From contig JAAEMD010000568.1 of NCBI GenBank assembly GCA_024225875.1, forward strand, positions 1 through 37,209: 37,209 nucleotides of DNA, written 5' to 3'. How positions within the stretch are numbered: position 1 is the stretch's first letter; every line of letters starts with the position of its first letter. The translations under genes were made by a program, and so were the position numbers. Positions 1-8,467 of the stretch are shown here, piece by piece. The stretch comes from a bacterium (GTDB lineage Bacteria; Margulisbacteria; Marinamargulisbacteria; JAAEMD01). The notes under the pieces are model-generated. The model saw only the letters and a list, made by a program, of their open reading frames with translations. It searched no databases and had not been told where the DNA came from.

Positions 1-536
1 AGAATTTGAAATTAACTGCTCCGGAAGAGTTAAATCATAATCAGACAGCAGAACATATCAGTATGGGACATGACCGTAATGTGGGGATCGGGACAAGATA
101 TGCGACCCATAAGCTGACAGTTAATGGGTCTGTTATGGCAACAAAAGTCAAAATTGTTGCGCCAGATATGATGCCAGATTATGTTTTTAATAAAAATTAT
201 AATCTTAAATCTTTAGAAGAGGTCGAAAAGTTCACGAAAAAATATAAACATTTACCAAACATTCCCTCTGAAAAAGAAATACGAACTAAAAATGAATTAG
301 ATATAAGCGAATTTCAGATGAAACTATTAGAAAAAATAGAAGAAAATATGCTTTATATTCTTCAATTAAATAAAAAGAATAAGAAGTTTGAATCTGAAAA
401 CAATAAACTGAAAAGAAAATTAGCTGATATAGAAAAAGATAATTTAATCTTGAAAAGCAGGCAGGATATATTAGAAAAAACAGTTGAAAACCAGGTAAAG
501 GCCAAAAATAAAAGATGGCATCAGTTTTGGAAATAA
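1..536 (+). CDS. C-terminal fragment of a surface / tail-fibre-like protein (5-prime end lies outside the window)
   Basis: The reading frame is open to the left window edge. It contains NVGIGT..HKLTVNGSVMATKVKIV.PDMMPDYVF..NYNLKSLEEVEKF..KYKHLPNIPSEKE, followed by a K/E/L-rich coiled-coil-like tail (LLEKIEENMLYILQL...). I recall this C-terminal module from Bacteroidota-type tail-fibre-domain proteins; this is recollection only. Confidence 0.45.
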   Translation, partial: NLKLTAPEELNHNQTAEHISMGHDRNVGIGTRYATHKLTVNGSVMATKVKIVAPDMMPDYVFNKNYNLKSLEEVEKFTKKYKHLPNIPSEKEIRTKNELDISEFQMKLLEKIEENMLYILQLNKKNKKFESENNKLKRKLADIEKDNLILKSRQDILEKTVENQVKAKNKRWHQFWK

Positions 537-556
537 GGTAACTACAGGTGACTATT

Positions 557-2356
557 ATGAAACAAATATTATTTTTAATCTTTATATTTATAATATCTGC
601 TGCCGGGAATTTGTTTTCTGTACAGAATTACTATTATCCTGTTATCTTCGTACATGGCCACAGCGGAGATATTGATGTAGAAAACTCTTGGGAATACATG
701 GCAAAAAAATTACAATCAGAAGATTATTCCTACTACGGAAAAATATGGGAAGAATCTAATATTCCTTTAAATCTTTCAGAAAAAACAATGTTTTTATTTG
801 GCTTTTATAGAAGAAATAGCAATGAATATATGGGAAGTACGACAGGAAAGATTGGAGGTTTCCCAATTAATCAAAATGACGTTTCTTCTATGGTTGATGT
901 GGAATTGCAATTAAATCTTTTTATAAACTTTCCAATCCTTATCCCCTGGTATAGAAAGTATGATGTTAATTATAAAAATGATTATTTTGATCCAAATCGA
1001 TATTCATTTGCTGAGAGACTCAAAACAACAGTAGATAAAGTTCTTCAAGCAACAAATTCCAAAAAAGTTATTCTTATATGCCATAGTATGGGAGGCCTGG
1101 TGGCAAGATCGTACATTAAGTGGTTAGGAGGAGAAAAAAAGGTATTTAAACTACTAATGGCAGGTACACCTAATAAAGGAATAGCTGATGATAACAGGGC
1201 TGCTTTTAAAAAAATTTTCAATTCTCAAAACTGGCAAAGTGGTGGGGAGTATCTTGAAATGAGTGTCAGGAAAAATTTTATTGGAAAATCTTTTACAGAC
1301 CAGCTTAATGATGGCTGGCACGAATTTTGCACTAAAAATGGGGTAAGATACGCCACAATTGCGGGAAATAAAGATCCCTGGCCTTTACTGGATATTGGCA
1401 GCAATTCAGATGGTGCTATAGATCGTGATTCTGTAAGGCTTAATGGTGCTGAGTTCAATGGTTTGTCCTTTGCTTCACATACAGGAGAATTTCCCTTAAT
1501 AGGAAGAGTGGATAATGAAGAAAACATACTAAAGTCAACTTATACATTCGAAATTATTAAGAGATGGATATTAAGAGATGAGGTGCATATAAATGCCACT
1601 ATAGACCCTCTTATAGGACCTGTTCCTTTTTCTGACCGCTTTGTTTTTCAATACGAATCAGGAAATTCCAGTGCTGTAGTATCTACAATGAGGGTATATA
1701 ATATTGCAGGGGATACAGTTCTTGACACATTATTCCCTGTGTATTATGGTTTCCACCAGCCTGTATTTAATTTAGGGTTTGTTGCGACTGGTGTATATAT
1801 AGCATATATAACAACTTATGATATGAATGGGCCTATTGGAACATATAAACAAAAAATAGCGAAATTAGCTGGCACAGGACATGTATCAAATCCCACTGTT
1901 TTATCTTTTGAAAGCAAGCCGGATAGTTATTCGTCATCAGATTCAGCATATTTTAAAATTAATTCTAATTTGGATAATACAAAAATTACATACAAACTGG
2001 ATAGCAATCCATATACTAATTATTCTAGTGATAATAATGTAATTAATATTGAAAATTTAGAAAAAGGTCTACATAAAATTTACATATCTGCTTATGCGCA
2101 CAATGGCGGGCATGCCGAAGAACCACTTGTTTATCATTGGATTACTGGAGATCCTGTAAATCTAACCATAAAAGATAAATCATTCTCCGGATCTCAAACA
2201 ATAACAGCAAAGGACTCAATACATACTGAAGGAAGGGTTTTAATTAAAAATGGTGCTAATATAAAGTTTTCTTCTGGAAAAGAAATTATTTTAGAACCTG
2301 GTTTTGAGACAGAAGATGGTAGTTTTTTTGAAACTGAATTAAAAGAAGGATATTAA
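557..2356 (+). CDS. Secreted alpha/beta-hydrolase (lipase/esterase, PGAP1-like) with a large C-terminal non-catalytic region
   Basis: The ATG at 557 is preceded by AGGTGA (546-551); the track's GTG at 548 is less likely. There is a hydrophobic signal-like N-terminus. Motifs VIFVHGHSGD and ICHSMGGLVARSY (nucleophile elbow) are present. The C-terminal tail ...EIILEPGFETEDGSFFETEL resembles the 3-coathanger-stack type domain. Confidence 0.7.
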   Translation: MKQILFLIFIFIISAAGNLFSVQNYYYPVIFVHGHSGDIDVENSWEYMAKKLQSEDYSYYGKIWEESNIPLNLSEKTMFLFGFYRRNSNEYMGSTTGKIGGFPINQNDVSSMVDVELQLNLFINFPILIPWYRKYDVNYKNDYFDPNRYSFAERLKTTVDKVLQATNSKKVILICHSMGGLVARSYIKWLGGEKKVFKLLMAGTPNKGIADDNRAAFKKIFNSQNWQSGGEYLEMSVRKNFIGKSFTDQLNDGWHEFCTKNGVRYATIAGNKDPWPLLDIGSNSDGAIDRDSVRLNGAEFNGLSFASHTGEFPLIGRVDNEENILKSTYTFEIIKRWILRDEVHINATIDPLIGPVPFSDRFVFQYESGNSSAVVSTMRVYNIAGDTVLDTLFPVYYGFHQPVFNLGFVATGVYIAYITTYDMNGPIGTYKQKIAKLAGTGHVSNPTVLSFESKPDSYSSSDSAYFKINSNLDNTKITYKLDSNPYTNYSSDNNVINIENLEKGLHKIYISAYAHNGGHAEEPLVYHWITGDPVNLTIKDKSFSGSQTITAKDSIHTEGRVLIKNGANIKFSSGKEIILEPGFETEDGSFFETELKEGY

Positions 2357-2877
2357 TGAAAAAAAATATATGTATTGTTGCTTTTTTTTTCTGTTTTATC
2401 ATAGGTAATGAAAATATCTTTTCAGCTGACAGAAAGCCTTCATTGAACAATTCGTTAGCAGCAGGTTTTACTCCTTTTTCATATAAAGAAAGATTATTTC
2501 TTGGCTATACATACAATGTTCAACTATTAATTCAAAACCACTGTTTTAATGTTAGATATTTAACAGGGCGTTCAATGTCTTTGTCATTTCATCCCAGTAG
2601 TGTTCCAAAAATTAAATATTCACAACTTAACATTTCCTGCAATATATATAATGTAAAGATAGATCTCTTTCGTTTAGACTATGATATCGATTTAGGAGTG
2701 AGCCTTGTAGAAGAGACCTTCCGTGGTAAAAGTATAAAATATTTGGGGGTTCCTTTTGAGATTAAAAGTAAATGGAATATTTCAGATGAAATACAACTTA
2801 ATTCAGGGGTTTTTATTAATACAAATTTTATAAGATGGGCTGTTGGATATATTGCCGAGATAGAAATAAAATTTTAA
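2356..2877 (+). CDS. Hypothetical exported protein, possibly a small outer-membrane beta-barrel
   Basis: Its start overlaps the lipase stop (TAATG). It has an N-terminal signal-like segment and an alternating hydrophobic pattern, and the C-terminus ...YIAEIEIKF ends in Phe like an OMP beta-signal. No family was recognised. Confidence 0.5.
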   Translation: MKKNICIVAFFFCFIIGNENIFSADRKPSLNNSLAAGFTPFSYKERLFLGYTYNVQLLIQNHCFNVRYLTGRSMSLSFHPSSVPKIKYSQLNISCNIYNVKIDLFRLDYDIDLGVSLVEETFRGKSIKYLGVPFEIKSKWNISDEIQLNSGVFINTNFIRWAVGYIAEIEIKF

Positions 2878-2896
2878 AAAAGGAAGTAATAATACA

Positions 2897-3787
2897 ATGA
2901 ATTTAAATTTAAATATAAGATCTCTTGTTTTGCTTATTATTATTTTGCTTAGTAACATATCTTTTGCTTCTACCATAACAAATGATACTGGGTATATGGA
3001 AAAAACAGAAAAAATAGAGCGTTTTGCTGATAAATTAATAAAAATTAAGGACTATGAGTCACTTGTCAATGTCAAAGAAATCTCAGAGAAAAGAGGGTTA
3101 GTATCTAAATCAGCAAAGATTTTAGCTTTAAAATCAAAAGCATTAAGTAGCATAAATGAAATTAGTTTTCCTTCAAATGAAGGCTGGTCAATATCAATTT
3201 TAGATTCAGACTTTGAAAATGAAAAAATTATAAATATTCGAACAGCGATTAAAAACTTTTCAGCTAACTCTGAATATAAAGCATCCCCTGGCTTTATAGT
3301 TATATCAAAAAAACATATTGTACGCGACTGGATATATGATGATGGATCTATACTACATTTTAAAGGGGTTGTTATTCAAGAATATCCAAAATCAAAAAAA
3401 TCTCAATCTACATCTCAACTTGTTTTTTACGGTGAAATGAAAACATTTGTGCCAGATAAACCATCAGAGAATCTGTATATTAATAATGTTAAAATTATTT
3501 CATCAACAATTATTAATAACAAATTTGAATTAATAACAAATATTAATACTACAGGAACAGTACAATACTCAAATTATCTGGGAGACTGGGAAAGAATCAC
3601 AGATATTACAGAGGCTCTTCGGGTAGTTAATAGTGATGAAGGCCGCTTTACTAATAATAATGATTCTAAAAAAATAATAAGAGCGTTAAAAAATGAATGT
3701 ATTATTAAATTAAAAAATGAAGAAAAAGTTATTGGAAAAATAAAGTTTAAAGATAATTTTAGTAAAACTGAAATAACTGTGATGTAG
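2897..3787 (+). CDS. Hypothetical exported protein
   Basis: AGGAAG lies upstream of the ATG. It has a signal-like N-terminus (LVLLIIILLSNISFAS), lies on the same strand directly after the lipase pair, and shows no recognisable motif. Confidence 0.5.
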   Translation: MNLNLNIRSLVLLIIILLSNISFASTITNDTGYMEKTEKIERFADKLIKIKDYESLVNVKEISEKRGLVSKSAKILALKSKALSSINEISFPSNEGWSISILDSDFENEKIINIRTAIKNFSANSEYKASPGFIVISKKHIVRDWIYDDGSILHFKGVVIQEYPKSKKSQSTSQLVFYGEMKTFVPDKPSENLYINNVKIISSTIINNKFELITNINTTGTVQYSNYLGDWERITDITEALRVVNSDEGRFTNNNDSKKIIRALKNECIIKLKNEEKVIGKIKFKDNFSKTEITVM

Positions 3788-3988
3788 TATAGATAGACAT
3801 AAAGAGGCCTGTTTTAATATTAATCATTACGCTTATGATATTTATGAGACAGATGTAAAGCTCTGGTATTTAAGAGCAGCCTGTTTTTTTATCTGTTCTA
3901 AAATACATAATCTTAAACTCCTCAGATTAAATCTGAAATGCTACAATGTTCCTTAATCAGGGGGCAGGGCCTCAATATAAAGTTATAA

Positions 3989-4065
3989 GGGCGGTTAGCT
4001 CAGATGGTTAGAGTGCTTGCTTGACATGCAAGAGGTCGTTGGTTCGATTCCAATACCGCCCACCA
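3989..4065 (+). tRNA. tRNA-Val (anticodon GAC), CCA encoded
   Basis: Hand-folded cloverleaf: GGGCGGT/ACCGCCC acceptor stem, GCTC..GAGT D arm, CTTGC-TTGACAT-GCAAG anticodon arm, GTTGG-TTCGATT-CCAAT T arm, and a terminal ACCA. Confidence 0.9.
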
Positions 4066-4166
4066 TAGGATTTCCTTTAGGACTTAACCTTAAATTTTGT
4101 AGTTTATTTACTTATACGGTTTCTAGAAAAACGATATAAAAAATGGGACTGATGATTAGTTTGTGA

Positions 4167-4616
4167 TTATTTTTTTGTTATTGAGGTTCGTTGAGTTTCA
4201 TATAAAAAGTTGTTTAGAGGTATCCAGGAGTTTTTAAATATGAATCCACATGCTACAACAGCGATGATAGGTAATGATTTAATTAATGATCTTGATGTAG
4301 ATAAAGAATAAAAAATATCCTCTATAAAAACAATACTGCCACTGAAAATGAAAATATAAACTAAATTTTTATAAAAAGAAAAAATTTTATCAGAATAATT
4401 TGACTTTAATCCTAATAATAAAAAATAACATCCTAAACATATCCCGCCACTAATTGTAAAAGCAGTTAAAACTGATGTGGATTCCCAATCCAGCCATATT
4501 TTTCCATCGAAATATTCTTCTACCCATTTATAAGTGCCAAAAAGAGTAATGCTGAAAAAAAATAAAGATATGCTACAGCTAAAATATTTAAAAAAAGATA
4601 TAATCCGTTGATTCAT
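4167..4616 (-). CDS. Small polytopic membrane protein (about 4 TM), putative immunity partner of the upstream toxin-like gene
   Basis: Its ATG overlaps the stop of the 218-aa gene (ATGA, 4613-4616). Four hydrophobic segments are visible. There is no family motif, and the immunity role is inferred from position only. Confidence 0.5.
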   Translation of the reverse strand: MNQRIISFFKYFSCSISLFFFSITLFGTYKWVEEYFDGKIWLDWESTSVLTAFTISGGICLGCYFLLLGLKSNYSDKIFSFYKNLVYIFIFSGSIVFIEDIFYSLSTSRSLIKSLPIIAVVACGFIFKNSWIPLNNFLYETQRTSITKK

Positions 4617-5269
4617 TTCTTGTATTTCACAACAAGCTTAAAGTTTCTTTTATACAACCTCATAAAAGCATGAAAGTTTTTATTAAGGTCTCCGTTAACT
4701 TCGATACATCCTTTTGTACCTGTTTCTTCTCCACCATGGATATAAAAATGGCCTCTATCGTATGTTTTACCAGAAACTTGTTTAAGGGGAGTAGCAATAT
4801 ATCCCCAACTTTTTCTTCGAGCCCACCAAAGTAGAGCATCCAGAGGCCCTGTATTATCTTGATAGTCTAGAGTTTGATCTAAATGAACTTCATATTTTCC
4901 TTCTGGTAGTGGTCCATAATCTTCTTTTGTTTGATCTTTTATTGAAGCATGCTGATTACCAGAAAATGCTATCCATTTCTTTTTTGCTTTTCCATTTAAG
5001 GCTTTAAGATATAGATATTTTCTGTCAAACAATAAATAGTCGCCATCGTTACAAGTAATAGCAACACTTTCTAAATTATCTTTGTTATTTTGATTAGCCT
5101 TTGAGCGAAGGTATGTTTTACCTGATTTTGTCTTAACAAGAGTTATATTCTCTAAAACCCCTTTTTCACCTTGAGCAAGGATTTCATCCAATGAATATTC
5201 GTTAAATTTATCTGTAATGAAATCAGTGTTTTTTCCTGATCTACGTTCTTTAATTGCAATGAAAGACAT
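4613..5269 (-). CDS. Tlde1 / YkuD-like L,D-transpeptidase-fold toxin candidate with an unrelated N-terminal domain
   Basis: The C-terminal half carries GPLPEGKYEV ... DRGHFYIHGGEETGTKGCIEV (His178...Gly-Cys188). This matches the His...(S/T)xGC(I/V) catalytic signature of YkuD-fold enzymes and the DUF2778/Tlde1 effector family. There is no signal peptide. The N-terminal part (...LVKTKSGKTYLRSKANQNNKDNLESV) is reminiscent of DUF3892; that is a low-certainty recollection. Confidence 0.5.
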   Translation of the reverse strand: MSFIAIKERRSGKNTDFITDKFNEYSLDEILAQGEKGVLENITLVKTKSGKTYLRSKANQNNKDNLESVAITCNDGDYLLFDRKYLYLKALNGKAKKKWIAFSGNQHASIKDQTKEDYGPLPEGKYEVHLDQTLDYQDNTGPLDALLWWARRKSWGYIATPLKQVSGKTYDRGHFYIHGGEETGTKGCIEVNGDLNKNFHAFMRLYKRNFKLVVKYKK

Positions 5270-5300
5270 ATGACTATTTTAGCATAACAAATTGAACCTT

Positions 5301-5449
5301 GAAAAACGTCAAATTGTCGTTTTTCCCGACTTCGTCGGTGTAACCGCTAAAAAACAACAAGATGAGCCCGAGGAACCAAAAAGCCAAAATGTAGTGCCCA
5401 CAATTTTGTGTTTTTGTGCTTAAATCGGCTCTAAACCGACGAAGTCGGG
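5301..5449. repeat. Hairpin plus a perfect 15-bp inverted repeat whose arms are themselves palindromic
   Basis: GAAAAACG (5301-5308) pairs with CGTTTTTC (5318-5325). CCCGACTTCGTCGGT (5325-5339) is the exact reverse complement of ACCGACGAAGTCGGG (5435-5449), with a 95-nt spacer. Each arm contains its own CCGAC-nnn-GTCGG hairpin. Confidence 0.8.
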
Positions 5450-5588
5450 ATAAACAGCTGCAGCGACCTGTTTTCAGACTGTTTTTTCTGGTTCGGCTTG
5501 TTTTGTTTTTTATAAAATAATAAGATGATGCTGAACTATAACTGTCTGGACTATTGCTAAAATAAACTGTTTATGATTGCATGTATTA

Positions 5589-5849
5589 ATGCCGATTTTG
5601 ACACTGGGTTTTTTAAGGTTGTTTTCGCTTTTATATGTAATAATTGATACTAAACCGGTCAGATATTTGATAGTGTTTTTCATAGTTACCGGTATACTGA
5701 TGTGGCACTGGAAACTTTATAAAAAACTCAAAAATTCAAAGAAACTTCATAAGAAAGTGTTAAGATATATTCTATTTTGTACGGGCTTGTATCTTCTGCT
5801 TTTTCAATCGTGGTTTATAATGTTCCACCTTCATACTTCTTTGAACTAG
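5589..5849 (+). CDS. Hypothetical small membrane protein (uncertain gene)
   Basis: The ORF has three hydrophobic segments. The first ATG is at 5589, while the track begins at a TTG at 5577. There is no clear RBS and no family motif. Confidence 0.3.
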   Translation: MPILTLGFLRLFSLLYVIIDTKPVRYLIVFFIVTGILMWHWKLYKKLKNSKKLHKKVLRYILFCTGLYLLLFQSWFIMFHLHTSLN

Positions 5850-6103
5850 TTATTTAAAGAACAGGTTCTGGCTGTCGCTGGTAAGGTCTGGGACGGGATC
5901 CTTTGTTTCTGCAATCTTATAAATGTGCTTTAGCCCCTGTACAAGGATGATTTTTGAAACAGGAAATCAGACTGGAACTGCTTGATAGAAGATGCGCTCA
6001 ACAATCAACTGAATAGATCGACCTGCATAACATCCGGTTTTTTTAAGGTAACCCTGATTGATGGTGCCTGCTAAATTTAAGCTTGTTTTGCTATAATGAT
6101 GTT

Positions 6104-8404
6104 ATGTCAAAAAAGAAATTGAATACAGATAAAACAAAAAATAAAGCTGACGAAAAAAAAGATACTGAGCAGAGCCGGGAACTCTGGGCAGTTATTACTG
6201 TATTAACCGCAGCCTTTGTTTTTGTTAGTAATCACTTCATGGATACCACTGGCTTTATTGGTTACTGGGTAGTGAATGTATACCTGAAGAAAATAGTTGG
6301 TGATGGAGTTTTTTTTCTACCGCTTTTTTTAATTATGCTGGCCTTTGCTTTTCTATTTTCCAGGACAAAATGGAAATCCAGTCTTACCACAGCAGTTATT
6401 TTTTTTGCCACGTTTACAATACTACTGGAAATAATACATAAAACACCGGTTTATACCCTGTCATGGCCCTTGCAGGTGTCCAGGGGCGGCTGGATTGGTA
6501 CTATCGGATATTTTTGTTTATATAAAATAACAGGTTATTACGGTACTGTTATTTTTTTGTGCGGTACTTTTATTATTTCTTCAATATTAATGTTTAATTT
6601 TTCACTTAAAAAGATATGTATAGCCTTTTATAAGTTAATAATTAAGCAGCTTGACTCTGATAAAGAGCTGCTGAAGACCGGAAACACTGCCCGGGAAGAA
6701 TCTCTGGCCAGAAAAGTATGCTGTTTATTATTTTTTAAAAAAGTTAAAGCTGCTTCTGACGTGACAGAGAAGATCAGTAAAAAGCGGTCGGATATCCTGA
6801 AACCGGGAAAAGAACAGAAGCTGAAATTCAAGCTGCCTGAGTTTCCTGAGATATCGTTATCAGAACCTGAGATAGAGCAGGAAAAGGAACCCCGGTTTGT
6901 TGAGCCTTCAAAGAATCCGGAACAATATCATAAGGAGCAATCATACAAATTACCGCCGCTCAACCTGCTGGATAAGGGGAATTCTATTAAAAAAACATCG
7001 GTCAATAAAAATGTTAAACAGAAAGAAAGCGCATTGATACTGGAAGATACTTTAATGAGTTTTAATGTTAAGGCTAAGGTTGTACATGTAAGTGCAGGCC
7101 CGTCTGTTACCAGGTATGAGTTGCAGCCAGGTTCCGGTGTAAAAATCAGTAAGATAACATCACTGGCCAGAGATATCGCCCTCAAGCTGGCAGCCCCTGA
7201 TATAAGGATAGAGGCCCCTATACCTGGAAAAGCGCTGGTTGGTATTGAAGTTCCAAATTCTAATGTAGATACCATTACCTTAAGAACAATAATTGATAAA
7301 ACGGACTTCATTGATACAGTATCAAGACTGAACTGCGCTATGGGATTAACCATTACGGGTGAGCCGGTACTGATGAACCTGGTAAAGATGCCCCATTTAT
7401 TGATAGCAGGAGCAACAGGATCAGGTAAAAGTGTCTGTATTAATGCTATTATTCTCTCTATTTTATTAAAAGCAAAGCCTGAGGATGTTAAGTTTTTAAT
7501 GATTGATCCTAAAAAGGTGGAGCTGAGTCTTTATGACGATATCCCTCATCTTCTGGCTCCGGTTGTTACAGATCCCAGCAAAGCTGCGGCAACATTAAAA
7601 AAATGGGCTTTGCATGAAATGGAGAGAAGGTATGAAGAGTTTTCTAAAGCAGGGGTAAAAAATATAGAAGGCTATAACGCCAGGGTCGCTGAAATGGAAA
7701 GAGAAAATAAGCAGAAAAGCAGGAAAAGTGAAGAAGCTGAGAAGGACAGTGTTTTTGTGCCGCCGAAGTTACCGTACATAATAGTTATTATTGATGAGCT
7801 GGCTGACCTGATGATGGTAGCTTCTCAAGAGGTTGAAAATACAATCTGCAGGTTAGCTCAAATGGCCAGAGCTACAGGGATACACCTGGTTATTGCAACA
7901 CAAAGACCCAGTGTCAATGTTATCACAGGCCTGATTAAAGCTAATGTGCCTTCACGGATCTCATTTTTTCTGCAGTCACAGATAGACTCCAGGACTATTC
8001 TTGATATGCCGGGAGCAGAGAAGTTGCTTGGTAAAGGAGATATGCTTTACTCTCCTGTAGGTATTTTTAAGCCAAGGCGTTTACAGGGTGTATTTGTAAG
8101 TGAAGCAGAGGTTAAAAGGATTGTTGAGTTTATCAGGAATCAGCAGAAGCCTAATTATCTGAATGAAATTGTAGAAATTGAACCGCTCTCTAAAGAAAAC
8201 AAACAGGAGTCCCTGGACAGAGAAGATGACCTTTTTGATGAAGCACGCGAGCTGGTGATAAATTCAAAATATGCATCTACTTCTTATCTGCAGAGGAAAC
8301 TAAGGATAGGATATAACAGAGCGGCAAGGATTATGGATGAGCTGGAAAAAAGAGGGGTTATTTCAGAGTATGCTGGCGAAAAAAAACCTCGTTCTGTTAT
8401 TTGA
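6104..8404 (+). CDS. ftsK: DNA translocase FtsK/SpoIIIE
   Basis: It has N-terminal TM segments, a Walker A motif (AGATGSGKS), a Walker B motif (IIVIIDELADLMM), ATQRPSV, and a C-terminal gamma winged helix (SYLQRKLRIGYNRAARIMDELE). The start is ambiguous: either TTG 6083 or ATG 6104. A TATAAT at 6092-6097 would make an ATG-6104 mRNA nearly leaderless. Confidence 0.9.
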   Translation: MSKKKLNTDKTKNKADEKKDTEQSRELWAVITVLTAAFVFVSNHFMDTTGFIGYWVVNVYLKKIVGDGVFFLPLFLIMLAFAFLFSRTKWKSSLTTAVIFFATFTILLEIIHKTPVYTLSWPLQVSRGGWIGTIGYFCLYKITGYYGTVIFLCGTFIISSILMFNFSLKKICIAFYKLIIKQLDSDKELLKTGNTAREESLARKVCCLLFFKKVKAASDVTEKISKKRSDILKPGKEQKLKFKLPEFPEISLSEPEIEQEKEPRFVEPSKNPEQYHKEQSYKLPPLNLLDKGNSIKKTSVNKNVKQKESALILEDTLMSFNVKAKVVHVSAGPSVTRYELQPGSGVKISKITSLARDIALKLAAPDIRIEAPIPGKALVGIEVPNSNVDTITLRTIIDKTDFIDTVSRLNCAMGLTITGEPVLMNLVKMPHLLIAGATGSGKSVCINAIILSILLKAKPEDVKFLMIDPKKVELSLYDDIPHLLAPVVTDPSKAAATLKKWALHEMERRYEEFSKAGVKNIEGYNARVAEMERENKQKSRKSEEAEKDSVFVPPKLPYIIVIIDELADLMMVASQEVENTICRLAQMARATGIHLVIATQRPSVNVITGLIKANVPSRISFFLQSQIDSRTILDMPGAEKLLGKGDMLYSPVGIFKPRRLQGVFVSEAEVKRIVEFIRNQQKPNYLNEIVEIEPLSKENKQESLDREDDLFDEARELVINSKYASTSYLQRKLRIGYNRAARIMDELEKRGVISEYAGEKKPRSVI

Positions 8405-8467
8405 GAAGACAGAAAGTTTTTAATAGATAATGTTCATAAAAAAAGGGAAGAAAGAAGGTATTTTATT

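Noticed and set aside
1225-1527. A 100-aa antisense ORF lies inside the lipase gene.
   Set aside because: It is fully embedded antisense to a motif-supported CDS, has a low-complexity S/P/L-rich translation and no RBS. It is a typical shadow ORF.
5392-5402. I considered GTGCCCACAA as a possible duplicated att copy of the tRNA-Val 3-prime end (CCGCCCACCA).
   Set aside because: Only about 7 nt are shared, which is far too short to support an integration-site duplication.
5521-5540. I considered GATGATGCTGA as a C/D-box-like (kink-turn) element or the 3-prime part of a fluoride riboswitch, ahead of a small membrane ORF.
   Set aside because: Box C (UGAUGA) is not actually present. The other conserved riboswitch segments are absent at the right spacing, and the downstream ORF does not look like CrcB.
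6628-7353. Antisense ORFs (67 and 141 aa) lie inside ftsK.
   Set aside because: These are shadow ORFs opposite a strongly supported gene.
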